Shown one piece after another: positions 1-8,145 of a DNA stretch of 64,000 bases. Position 1 is the first letter of the stretch. Every line of letters starts with the position of its first letter. This DNA is from Myxococcota bacterium. GTDB lineage: Bacteria; Myxococcota_A; Polyangia; Polyangiales; Sandaracinaceae. The stretch is from assembly GCA_036149055.1 (NCBI GenBank), contig JAYZQJ010000143.1:1-64000 (forward strand), given 5' to 3'. The notes under the pieces are model-generated. The model was not told where the DNA came from and ran no database searches. It saw nothing but the letters and a program-made list of their open reading frames with translations. The translations under genes and the position numbers were made by a program.

Positions 1-33
1 CCCTCGATCCGAGTCGACATCTGGTCTGCATGA
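1..33 (+). CDS. C-terminal tail of a probable intron-encoded RT/maturase (partial)
   Basis: Frame 1 reads PSIRVDIWSA* and stops 16 nt before domain V, where an intron ORF would end. Only 10 codons are visible. Confidence 0.55.
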   Translation, partial: PSIRVDIWSA

Positions 34-124
34 GGCGAGCTCGGCGGAGGAGCCGGATGGTGGAAATCTCCTAGTCCGGATCTGGTGAGGGCCCCGCCTC
101 CGTGAGGGGGCGGGGCTACTCGAC
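1..124 (+). mobile_element. 3' end of a group II intron (end of domain IV, domain V, domain VI)
   Basis: 50-82 GAGCCGGATGGTGGAAATCTCCTAGTCCGGATC resembles domain V, with the AGC catalytic triad at 51-53. 87-124 GAGGGCCCCGCCTCC-GTGA-GGGGGCGGGGCT-A-CTCGAC forms a domain VI hairpin with a bulged A and ends in AC (AY). Confidence 0.9.
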
Positions 125-229
125 AGAAGGGGGCGGGCGAGGGCGTCCGGTACACGGACGCCCGCCGGCCCCAGCTGTCCGGCGCACCGCGAGGTGACCA
201 CCCCACCCATCTGTCGCGCCGCCCCGACC

Positions 230-260
230 CCTCTGCGTCTCTGCGCCTCTGCGAGAAATT
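230..260. repeat. Solo copy of the (CGCAGAGN)x3 repeat family, in reverse orientation
   Basis: CCTCTGCGTCTCTGCGCCTCTGCGAGAAATT, nearly identical to 39009-39039 and related to 46714-46743. Confidence 0.85.
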
Positions 261-328
261 AGACGTCCCTCGATCCCCGACACGGAGCCGCGCTGGCGCG
301 CTCGCTCGTCTCGCACTACCGCTGCGGG

Positions 329-1069
329 ATGAGCGAGCCGCTGCGCGTGCTGACCTGGAACACCGACGGGCTGAACACCACCCGCCTCGGCGCGCGCATG
401 GAGAAGATCTGCCTGGAGATCCTCATCGGCGGGGACCTCCGGGCCGCGCTCGAGGGCCGGCCGGTGCCGCCGCCTCCGCACGTCGTCGCGCTGCAAGAGG
501 TCGTGCACGTGGCCATGCGCGGCTACTTCGCCAAGCACCTCAGCGCGGCCGGCTTCGCCTTCTACCCGGAGGACCGCCCCGGCATCAGCGAGTACTGGGA
601 GCTCCTCGCGGTGCGGCCGCCGTGGAGGCTGGTGCACGCCGAGCGCCGGCCCTTCGACTTCAGCCCGCTCGGCCGCGCGCTCACCGAGATCACGATCGAG
701 GGCCCCGACGGCCGGACCCTCCGCGTCCTGACCGCGCACCTCGAGAGCCTCCGCAGCGGCCACCAGCCGCGCCTCTCGCAGGCGGCGGAGATCGACGAGG
801 CGATGCGCGGGCGCGACGCGATCTTTCTCGGTGACACCAACCTGCGCGACGCCGAGACCCGCGAGCTCGCGCTCGAGGCGCGCGACGCCTGGGCCGAGCT
901 CGGAGGGCCGAAGCGCGCCCGCGACACCTGGTGGCCCGAGGAGAGCGACCGCGGCTTCCGCTTCGACCGCGTCTGGCTGAGCGGCGCCCCGAAGCCCCTC
1001 TCGATGAAGACCCGCCGCCGCTCGAAGCTCAGCGACCACGCCGCGCTCGAGGCGACGATCCAGCTCTGA
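329..1069 (+). CDS. Endonuclease/exonuclease/phosphatase (EEP) family protein, TDP2-like
   Basis: Motifs TWNTDGL, ALQEV, TAHLES, GDTNLRD, RFDR and SDH in the order typical of EEP/TDP2. Confidence 0.8.
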   Translation: MSEPLRVLTWNTDGLNTTRLGARMEKICLEILIGGDLRAALEGRPVPPPPHVVALQEVVHVAMRGYFAKHLSAAGFAFYPEDRPGISEYWELLAVRPPWRLVHAERRPFDFSPLGRALTEITIEGPDGRTLRVLTAHLESLRSGHQPRLSQAAEIDEAMRGRDAIFLGDTNLRDAETRELALEARDAWAELGGPKRARDTWWPEESDRGFRFDRVWLSGAPKPLSMKTRRRSKLSDHAALEATIQL

Positions 1070-1073
1070 TCGA

Positions 1074-2162
1074 TCAGCGCTCGCGCAGGAAGAGGAAGGC
1101 CTCCTCCTTCGTCGCGATCAGCGCGCCCATCAGGTAGCCGAGCACGCCGTGCAGGTAGCCGATGAGCACGAAGCCGACGAAGGCGAGCGTCGCGCCGGTG
1201 GCGACCGGGGTGTCGATCCCGCCGATCACGATCGACACCAGCGCGCCCCCCGCCGCCAGCCCGATCCCGACCCAGACGAGCCCGCTCGCCGCGACCACCG
1301 CGAGGTACTCGAGCGGCGCCCGCACGACGCCGCGCACGACCGCGACCACGTCGAGGATGCGGGTCAGCTCCCCGCTGATGCCCTGCACCGCGAGCCCCAT
1401 CGGCCAGTACGCCCACGCGAGCGCGGTGAGGAGCCCGAGCGTCAGCGCCGGGAAGCGCGCGCGGGCCAGCGCGAACAGCAGCCCGGCGAAGAGCGCGAGC
1501 AGCCCGGAGGTGAAGAGGCCGCGGAAGATGAGCGTCGTGAACGGAGGCGGCGCGAAGGTCACGTCCGGCGCCTCTCCGTCCTCGCGCCCCGACGCCGCCT
1601 GGGCCAGCCGCCCGAAGATCTCGGTGAGCGCGCCGACGCCAGCCAGCCCGAGCGTCGCGCCCAGGAGCAGGCGGCTCAGCAGCCCCGGCAGCGAGACCAC
1701 GACGAAGCTCGCCGCGCCGAGCAGGCCGCACGCCAGCAGCAGCCACGCCCCCCGACCGAGCACCGGCGCGACCAGGGCCCACGGCGCCTCGCGCCAGAAC
1801 GAGGGCCGCGCGTCGAGCGACGGCTCCTCCGGCGACTCGACCGGCTCGGGAGGCGGCGGCTCGGTCGACGCGACCGGGCGAGGCGGCGTCGACGGCGCGC
1901 GCCCGTCCTCGACCACCGCCTTGGCCCCCAGGGCTCGCAGCTGCTCCGCCACCCAATCGGCGTCGGCGCGCGGCGCGCCCGCGTCCAGCGGGAACATCCC
2001 CTCGACCACCTGACGCTGCGCGTCCTCCAGCGGCAGCCGCAGCGCGTCCGCGACCCGCTCCGAGTCACGCACCGGGTCGCGGAACGCGCTCGCGCGCACC
2101 CTCCAGCTCGGCGTCTTCGGCGGCTCCGACGACGCCGGCTCGGGAAGCAGGTCCGACTCCAT
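1074..2162 (-). CDS. Membrane protein: small N-terminal domain, Pro-rich linker, multiple TM helices
   Basis: 362-aa ORF with GC3-biased codons and about 6-7 hydrophobic segments. Confidence 0.75.
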   Translation of the reverse strand: MESDLLPEPASSEPPKTPSWRVRASAFRDPVRDSERVADALRLPLEDAQRQVVEGMFPLDAGAPRADADWVAEQLRALGAKAVVEDGRAPSTPPRPVASTEPPPPEPVESPEEPSLDARPSFWREAPWALVAPVLGRGAWLLLACGLLGAASFVVVSLPGLLSRLLLGATLGLAGVGALTEIFGRLAQAASGREDGEAPDVTFAPPPFTTLIFRGLFTSGLLALFAGLLFALARARFPALTLGLLTALAWAYWPMGLAVQGISGELTRILDVVAVVRGVVRAPLEYLAVVAASGLVWVGIGLAAGGALVSIVIGGIDTPVATGATLAFVGFVLIGYLHGVLGYLMGALIATKEEAFLFLRER

Positions 2163-2224
2163 CCGCCCACCCTGGTCGACCTCTTGCGTGCTGTCAACCG
2201 GGGTTGAGGTGGTCTCGCGCGATA

Positions 2225-2734
2225 CTACGACACGGGCGCCTCGCAGGCGTCGGCGTCGCAGGACGCGCCGGCCCGACCGAGCAGCGCGCCGAGGCGGAGC
2301 CCCAGCTCGAGGTCGTCCTCCGGGCCGAAGCTCTGGTGCGCCAGCCGCCCGTCCCGATCGACGATCACCGTGCTCGGCGTGCCGCGCAGATCCCAGGCGC
2401 GCATCGTCCGGGGGCGCGCCATGCCCTCGTCGTGCGCGTCCACGCCGACGGGGAAGGGCACGCGCAGCTCCGAGAGGAACGCCTCCAGGCTGCGCTCACC
2501 CATCGCCTCGTGGTGCTCGAACACGGTGTGCAGCCCGACCACCAGCGCGTCCTCCGGGTCGAGCTCCTTCGCGAGCCGCATCGCCTGAGGCAGCCCCCGA
2601 TAGATGCAGCCCGGGCACAGCATCTGGAACGCGTGCACGACCACCACCTTGCCTCTCAGCCCGGGCAGCGCGCCGGGGTCGCCCCCGAGCCAGCGCGTCA
2701 CGTCCCAGCCGGGGACCCGCTCGCCGACCCGCAT
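2225..2734 (-). CDS. Redoxin/TlpA-like thioredoxin-fold protein
   Basis: GKVVVVHAFQMLCPGC (CxxC) and GTPSTVIVDRDG. The ATG at 2734 overlaps the protoglobin stop. Confidence 0.88.
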   Translation of the reverse strand: MRVGERVPGWDVTRWLGGDPGALPGLRGKVVVVHAFQMLCPGCIYRGLPQAMRLAKELDPEDALVVGLHTVFEHHEAMGERSLEAFLSELRVPFPVGVDAHDEGMARPRTMRAWDLRGTPSTVIVDRDGRLAHQSFGPEDDLELGLRLGALLGRAGASCDADACEAPVS

Positions 2735-3273
2735 CAGAAGTCCTCCGCGCGCACGTACGGCTGGGTCCACAGGGTGATCGTGAGCAGCAGCGCCTTCAGC
2801 CAGGCCTGGTGCATCGCGTCCACCGCCGCCGGGTCCGACTCGCCCTTCTCGAGGAACGGCTTCAGCGTCGCGAAGATCGGATACACGAGCGGGATCATGT
2901 CGACGAAGCGGATGTGCTCGGCCGCGTCCACGCCGTCGGTCCGGTTCTTCTTCACCCGGTGGTGTCGGCGGCCGATCTCCGCCTGATGGTCGAGCCACGC
3001 CTGGTCGTAGCGCGCGGCGGTGGTGTCACGGATCCACTGCGCGAACCGCACCCGGACCGCCGCGAGGTAGCCCGCGTCGGGCGGCCCGCCCGGCCTCGAG
3101 AACGACGCGACCAGGTGCGGCTGCGAGGCGACGAAGCCGTACCAGACGTCCAGGATGTCCTCGATCTGCGGGGCCAGGATCTCGCCGGCGCGCCGCAGCG
3201 CCGCCTCGTCGTCGGGGCCGAACAGCGCGGTCCGCTTCATGCGCTCCAGGTCGGTCATCGGGGTGCTCTCCAT
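2734..3273 (-). CDS. Protoglobin
   Basis: Segments DILDVWYGFVASQPHL, RFAQWIRDT, YDQAWLDHQAEIGRRHHR, KNRTDGV and MHQAWLKA are typical of single-domain protoglobins. An AGGAG RBS lies upstream. Confidence 0.88.
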   Translation of the reverse strand: MESTPMTDLERMKRTALFGPDDEAALRRAGEILAPQIEDILDVWYGFVASQPHLVASFSRPGGPPDAGYLAAVRVRFAQWIRDTTAARYDQAWLDHQAEIGRRHHRVKKNRTDGVDAAEHIRFVDMIPLVYPIFATLKPFLEKGESDPAAVDAMHQAWLKALLLTITLWTQPYVRAEDF

Positions 3274-3288
3274 CTGCCTCTCCTTTTG

Positions 3289-3301
3289 TTTGGACTGCTA
3301 A
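3289..3301. promoter_or_regulatory. Degenerate second copy of the putative MarR operator, upstream of protoglobin
   Basis: TTTGGACTGCTAA matches the palindrome at 3980-3992 at 10 of 13 positions. Confidence 0.5.
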
Positions 3302-3346
3302 CTATTGTGCCCGCAGGTTCACGCGGACGCTCGAGCGCGGGCCGGC

Positions 3347-3976
3347 TCAGCCGACCACGCGAAGGAACCGCCGCGCGATCTCCTCGGCGACGCCCGGGGG
3401 CGCGGGGACCTGATCCGGGCAGCTCACCTGGAGGTCCGCGTCGCGCAGCGGGGCGTCGACGAAGGCGCAGTGATGGGGGGCCGCCGCGTCGTCGTGCGCG
3501 AACGGGCGGAAGTGCGAGCACCCGGCGCAGGTGCGCGCGTCGAGATCTCCGCGGAGCTGGAGGCGGCGAATGATCTTCACGAGGACGCGCAGGAGCACCG
3601 CCTTCTCCTCGTCGTCGAGCGCGTCCACCACCGCCGCCACCGCGTCGGGCCAGCGCGACACCGCCGACGCCTCCCGCCGGCCCCGCGGGGTGAGCGAGAG
3701 CGCGAGGGCCCGCGCGTCGTCGGCCGCCTTGTGCTTGCGGACGAGGCCCTTGTCGATGAGCGTCGTGACCGCCTTGCTCGCGGTGGCCGGCCGGATCCCG
3801 AGCGCCCGGGCCACGTCACCGAGGCGCGGCGGCTCCGGCGCCGAGGCGACCAGCGCGAGGATCTGCCCCTGGGTCGGGGTGAGCCCGCGCGGACCGGCCT
3901 CCGCCCAGGCGTCCCGCCGGAGCACCCGGCTCAGCTGCACGAGCCCATCCGCGATCTTCGCCGCTACCGCGCTCAT
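3347..3976 (-). CDS. MarR-family regulator with a C-terminal Cys cluster
   Basis: GLTPTQGQIL...ATASKAVTTLIDKGLV...DARALALSLTPRG winged HTH, then a CAGCSHF...HHC...SCPD tail. Confidence 0.9.
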   Translation of the reverse strand: MSAVAAKIADGLVQLSRVLRRDAWAEAGPRGLTPTQGQILALVASAPEPPRLGDVARALGIRPATASKAVTTLIDKGLVRKHKAADDARALALSLTPRGRREASAVSRWPDAVAAVVDALDDEEKAVLLRVLVKIIRRLQLRGDLDARTCAGCSHFRPFAHDDAAAPHHCAFVDAPLRDADLQVSCPDQVPAPPGVAEEIARRFLRVVG

Positions 3977-3979
3977 CGT

Positions 3980-3992
3980 TTAGCAATGCTAA
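3980..3992. promoter_or_regulatory. Putative MarR operator (palindrome)
   Basis: TTAGCA-A-TGCTAA is a perfect AT-rich inverted repeat 3 nt upstream of the marR start. Confidence 0.65.
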
Positions 3993-4057
3993 GTTTGTTC
4001 GCCTCGGCGCGCAAGCCCCCACTGTTCCGGCTGGTGGCCGTGTGATGAGATGGGCCC

Positions 4058-5674
4058 ATGCGTCGCGCCCTCGGCCTCCTCTCGCTCCTGCTCCCCTCGG
4101 TCGCCTTCGCCACCCCCGGCCCGGACAGCGTGGTGGTCATCGCCAACGCGGACATCCCCGAGAGCGTGGCCCTGGCCGAGCGCTACGCGCGCGAGCGCAG
4201 CGTCCCGCCCAACCAGGTGTGCGCGCTCTCGCTCCCCGACGCCGACACCATCGACCTCGCCGACTACGAGGCGCGGCTGCTCACGCCGCTGCGCGCCTGC
4301 CTCGACGACGGCGGCGCGCGGGATCGGATCGAGGCGGCGCTCCTGGTCCGCGGCGTGCCGCTCCGGGTGCGTATCCCGGTCGGCGACGCGCAGCAGATCG
4401 TGAGCACCGCGGCGGCGCTGATGCTCTGGGACAGCGCGCGGGACGACGGGACCCCGGTGCTCGGCCAGGCGCCCGGCCGGGACGCGGACTGCGGCGGCCG
4501 CAGCTGCCTCGCCGCCACCTGGCCCAACGTCTACCGGGGCGGCCTCGCCTTCGAGCCCGGGTTCGAGCAGGCGTCCGGCGGCGTCGTCTGGCGGCCGATC
4601 CTCGTGACCCTGCTGCACGCCCGGAGCTACGCCGACGCCGAGCGCCTCATCGACAGCGCGCTCGACGCCGAGGCGATGGCCCCGCCGACCGGCGAGATGC
4701 TCTTCATGGAGGGCCGCGACCCGGCGCGCGGCGCGCTCGACGTCCAGTACGACCGGGTCATCGCGGAGCTCGAGACCCGCGGCTTCACCGCCGCCCGGGT
4801 CCCCTTCGACGCCGACCTCACCGGGCGCACCCTCGCCGCCTTCTTCACCGGCACCGCCACGCTGGGCGAGACCATCGAGGGCAACACCTACCTGCCGGGC
4901 AGCCTGGTCGACAACCTCACCAGCTTCGGCGCGGCGCCGCGGAACTTCGAGGAGACCGGCGAGAGCCAGGTCTCGATCGCGCGCTGGGTCGAGCGGGGCG
5001 CGGCGGGCGTGCACGGCACCGTCGCGGAGCCGCTCAACAACTGCTTCCCGAGCCGCGACCTCCTGCTCGCCTACGTCGACGGGGCCACCCTCGCCGAGTC
5101 CTTCCACTCGCGGTTGCCCTTCGCCTACTGGCGCAACGTGGTCCTCGGCGACCCGATGGCGGCCCCCTACGCCCAGCGCCCGGTCGTGACCGTCGAGGGC
5201 GTGACCGACGGCGAGTCCCTCGAGGGCGCGGCCGCGATCACCGTGACCGCCACCGATCCCGCTGGCCGCGGCGTCGCCTGGATCGCGCTCTACCTCGACG
5301 GCGTCGAGCTCGCGCGCGCCGACGGCGACCGCCTCGAGCACTGCCTCGTCGCGCCCGCCGGCGCCGGCCAGCAGCTCCTCGCCGTCGCCCGCGCCGCCCC
5401 GGACGACACCCTCGCCCGCCCCTACCAGCCCAAAGGCTGGCGCGCCCTCACCCTCGACTCCGGCGGCGCCGCCACCGAGTGCGCCGCCCCCGACGCCGGC
5501 CCCCCGCTCGACGCCGCCACCCCGCCCGACGCCTCCGTCCCTCCCGACGGCGGACCCACCCCCTCCGAAGCCGGCTGCGGCTGCCGCGCCGCGGGCCGCC
5601 CCTCCGGCTCCTGGCTCGCGCTCCTCGTCCTCGCCGCGCTCTGCGCCCGGAGACGCCGCGCCCGCGCCTCCTGA
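4058..5674 (+). CDS. TIGR03790-like exported protein with Ig-like domain and MYXO-CTERM
   Basis: Signal peptide; VVVIANAD..ESVALAERYA, DNLTSFG, GTVAEP and GDP motifs; ends GCGC + hydrophobic helix + RRRR. Confidence 0.75.
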   Translation: MRRALGLLSLLLPSVAFATPGPDSVVVIANADIPESVALAERYARERSVPPNQVCALSLPDADTIDLADYEARLLTPLRACLDDGGARDRIEAALLVRGVPLRVRIPVGDAQQIVSTAAALMLWDSARDDGTPVLGQAPGRDADCGGRSCLAATWPNVYRGGLAFEPGFEQASGGVVWRPILVTLLHARSYADAERLIDSALDAEAMAPPTGEMLFMEGRDPARGALDVQYDRVIAELETRGFTAARVPFDADLTGRTLAAFFTGTATLGETIEGNTYLPGSLVDNLTSFGAAPRNFEETGESQVSIARWVERGAAGVHGTVAEPLNNCFPSRDLLLAYVDGATLAESFHSRLPFAYWRNVVLGDPMAAPYAQRPVVTVEGVTDGESLEGAAAITVTATDPAGRGVAWIALYLDGVELARADGDRLEHCLVAPAGAGQQLLAVARAAPDDTLARPYQPKGWRALTLDSGGAATECAAPDAGPPLDAATPPDASVPPDGGPTPSEAGCGCRAAGRPSGSWLALLVLAALCARRRRARAS

Positions 5675-5692
5675 CTATCGAGACGAGCCATC

Positions 5693-5974
5693 ATGACGCG
5701 GAATGACGAGGACTCGCCCACCATTCGCTGTCGGATCCACGGAGCGAGGCGGGCGTCGGTGGTCTGCGGTCACATGGTCGGCTGCACGGAGCCGGTCGGC
5801 TTCGTCGAGAACAGCTCGGACCCGGATGATCTCCAGGGGTGGTGCCGACAGTGCGAAGCCGTCTTCCTGAAGGAAGGCGGGATGACGGAGACCTTCCTGA
5901 CCTTCAACCGGATGAGCGTGGTGTGCGCCGAGTGCTACGCGACGTTGAAAGCCCGACACTCATCGATGGACTGA
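5693..5974 (+). CDS. Small Cys/His-rich hypothetical protein, possibly Zn-binding
   Basis: 93 aa with CxxH, CxH, WCxxC and CxxC. Confidence 0.7.
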   Translation: MTRNDEDSPTIRCRIHGARRASVVCGHMVGCTEPVGFVENSSDPDDLQGWCRQCEAVFLKEGGMTETFLTFNRMSVVCAECYATLKARHSSMD

Positions 5975-5979
5975 ACCTC

Positions 5980-6636
5980 ATGATGGAGAGGTCCAGAGTC
6001 CAAAAATCCGTGGACATCCAGGCCATCGACCACGCCCTCGGGCGTCGCGGCTCGCAGCCGAGACCGCTGGAAGCGGGCCTTCGTCCCGACGAACGCAGAC
6101 AGCTCCTCGGTGACGCGCTCTGCTTCCCCGATCGTGAGCTCCCCACGGGCGAGTTGGCCGAATGGGCTGTCGCCCTTCTCGGCCTGGAGAAGGACGTGAC
6201 GGTCAGGGCAGCAGTCGCCGCTCTGGAACGAGCAACGGCGATGGCACCAGTCGGGTCGCCCGACATCGACTTCGTGAGAAGGGTGATCGACGCGATCCAT
6301 GCATGGCTCGACAGCCCGAGAGACATCGCGGACCTCCGCCGCCTCGGGGAGCTCTGGTGGACCCTCGTGAGACACCCGCCGGACGCCGCGCGCACGCCGC
6401 TCGGGGACGCAGCCTGCATGGCTTGGTGGGTGGCGGGCTACGATCCCGAGGGATGGGGAGATCCGCCCGAGGACGCGGCACAGCTCGAGATCTGGCTGAG
6501 TGAAGCGGCGGACAATCGGGGCGGGATCGTCGACGTGTTCAGCCTCGTGCAGCAGGCCGTAGCAGCCGAGGAGCACGGCACGTTGGTCGAGAGCGTGCGC
6601 GCAGTGGTGTCTGCTTGGCGCGCCGAGTCGGACTGA
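5980..6636 (+). CDS. Hypothetical helical protein, possibly immunity-like
   Basis: ATG 5 nt after the upstream stop. Codon usage is less GC3-biased than in flanking genes. No family recognised with confidence. Confidence 0.6.
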   Translation: MMERSRVQKSVDIQAIDHALGRRGSQPRPLEAGLRPDERRQLLGDALCFPDRELPTGELAEWAVALLGLEKDVTVRAAVAALERATAMAPVGSPDIDFVRRVIDAIHAWLDSPRDIADLRRLGELWWTLVRHPPDAARTPLGDAACMAWWVAGYDPEGWGDPPEDAAQLEIWLSEAADNRGGIVDVFSLVQQAVAAEEHGTLVESVRAVVSAWRAESD

Positions 6637-6727
6637 CCGCGTGGCTTCTGGGGACCCCTGCGACGCGCCTTGCCGAGAGACGAGGAGACGGAACGACAAA
6701 CGCCCGCCTTCCCGCAGCCGTCGTCGC

Positions 6728-6762
6728 GTGGAGCTGAGGGGATCGAACCCCTGACCTCATGA
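6728..6762 (-). pseudogene. 3' fragment of tRNA-Ala (att-like remnant)
   Basis: The minus strand reads TCATGAGGTCAGGGGTTCGATCCCCTCAGCTCCAC: variable loop, T arm and 3' acceptor strand of tRNA-Ala, with one C missing from the T stem. There is no D arm or anticodon loop. Confidence 0.75.
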
Positions 6763-6914
6763 CGGCCGCTCGAGTGATGCGGGCTACGAACGCCATCGGT
6801 CATGGTCGAGTGGCCTTCGGGCCAGTCGAGGGCTGAGAGCTCGTCGGCGACGAAGGCGCGGTGCCGCAGGCCGAGTAGCCGAGCAGTCTTCCCGGGAGTA
6901 CGGTGGAAGCTCGC

Positions 6915-7382
6915 ATGCAAAGAATCATGACGCTCGGACTGCTCGCGCTGCTCTCGTCGTGCGCCGCCACCCACGAGGCGGGGGCAGACGGAGGAGTGGA
7001 GGTCGTCACCTCGACTCTGGAGTTCGCCTGTTCGAGTGAGTCGCACCTCGTCCACCTCCAGGTCGCGGCCCGCCCCGTAGACGGAGAAGGGTGTCTCCTC
7101 ATGCAAGTCAGTCTTCGACCTGAGGAGCGCAACGAGGTCTCGGCAGAGCAGCTGGTAGGGAGCTCGGTGTTCTCGCCGGCCAGCTGTGCCGAGGCGCGTG
7201 GGGAAGACCCTGGTGCGCTTACCCGGATGGAGTCGGGCGAGGGCGTCCTGCGTTTCACCTACGGCCCGGTCATCGGCCTGCCGCGAGACCTCGCCGCCGA
7301 CATCACATTCGTCGCGGAAGATGGCCGGTGGTTCCGAGTCTCGGGCGAGATCGCGAGAGCTGGCGGGGACCTGTGCCCCTAG
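6915..7382 (+). CDS. Hypothetical lipoprotein
   Basis: Lipobox LLSSC followed by AATHE. Confidence 0.65.
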   Translation: MQRIMTLGLLALLSSCAATHEAGADGGVEVVTSTLEFACSSESHLVHLQVAARPVDGEGCLLMQVSLRPEERNEVSAEQLVGSSVFSPASCAEARGEDPGALTRMESGEGVLRFTYGPVIGLPRDLAADITFVAEDGRWFRVSGEIARAGGDLCP

Positions 7383-7537
7383 CGCTGGGGCGCCCCGTCG
7401 TCCGAGCCTCGAGCGCTCCATCCCGGAGACGACACGACCTCCACATTCTGGCGGAGTACCGCGTCGCCGCGCTGAAGTCTTCTACTCACCACCGGACACG
7501 GCAACGTGGGGCGCCCACGGCACACGGCCGTCCCAGA

Positions 7538-8023
7538 CTACGGTAGGCATGTGGACATCCCGAGCACTCGGACGTCGAGCGACTCGCGGCCGCCGTCCTC
7601 GAGCTCGAGGGCGAGGTGCGCTTCCAGGTCCCAGCGGTCTCCGGGGACCCGCCACACCGTGATCGCGCCCTCCGCTCGAGTCACGGCGGCCCCGCTCGTG
7701 GCGTACTCTCCCTCACGGAGCCGGTCGCACGCGAGACCAAGACGAGACGCCGCGACGAGCCCGTAGCCCGGAGACACCTCCACGTCCCCATCCACCGTCC
7801 AGCGCTCACCCTCGACGACGGCGACGCTGATGGCGAGGCAGGACGCTGGGTCCGCCGCCGGGGCCGTCACGGTCAGGAGGGTCGTGTCCCCGAACGAGAC
7901 GCAGCCCGCTCCCTCGCCCACGGGGCCGCCGGCGTCCGTAGGATTGCGCTCGTGCGAGGCCGCGCAGCCGGAGAGCAGGAGGGCGATCGCGCCGACGGCG
8001 GGCGCCAAGTAGGAGTTCTTCAT
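7538..8023 (-). CDS. Hypothetical lipoprotein, probable paralogue of 6915-7382
   Basis: Lipobox LLSGC followed by AASHE; similar length and Cys spacing. Confidence 0.7.
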   Translation of the reverse strand: MKNSYLAPAVGAIALLLSGCAASHERNPTDAGGPVGEGAGCVSFGDTTLLTVTAPAADPASCLAISVAVVEGERWTVDGDVEVSPGYGLVAASRLGLACDRLREGEYATSGAAVTRAEGAITVWRVPGDRWDLEAHLALELEDGGRESLDVRVLGMSTCLP

Positions 8024-8145
8024 CACACCAACCCGTTCTCATGCATCGTCACCGCCCTCGTCCCCTGCTGCAATGGGCAGGGGACGGACGCGCGGAGGCC
8101 CCGCCCGAGCACGCTCGGACGGGGCCTCTCTGGTCCTAGCGGAGA

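Noticed and set aside
6728..6762. Functional tRNA gene
   Set aside because: Only the 3' part is present: no D arm or anticodon loop, and a one-base deletion in the T stem.
5693..8023. Integron cassette array
   Set aside because: Genes are in mixed orientation, I found no repeated attC-like RYYYAAC...GTTRRRY sites, and there is no integrase.
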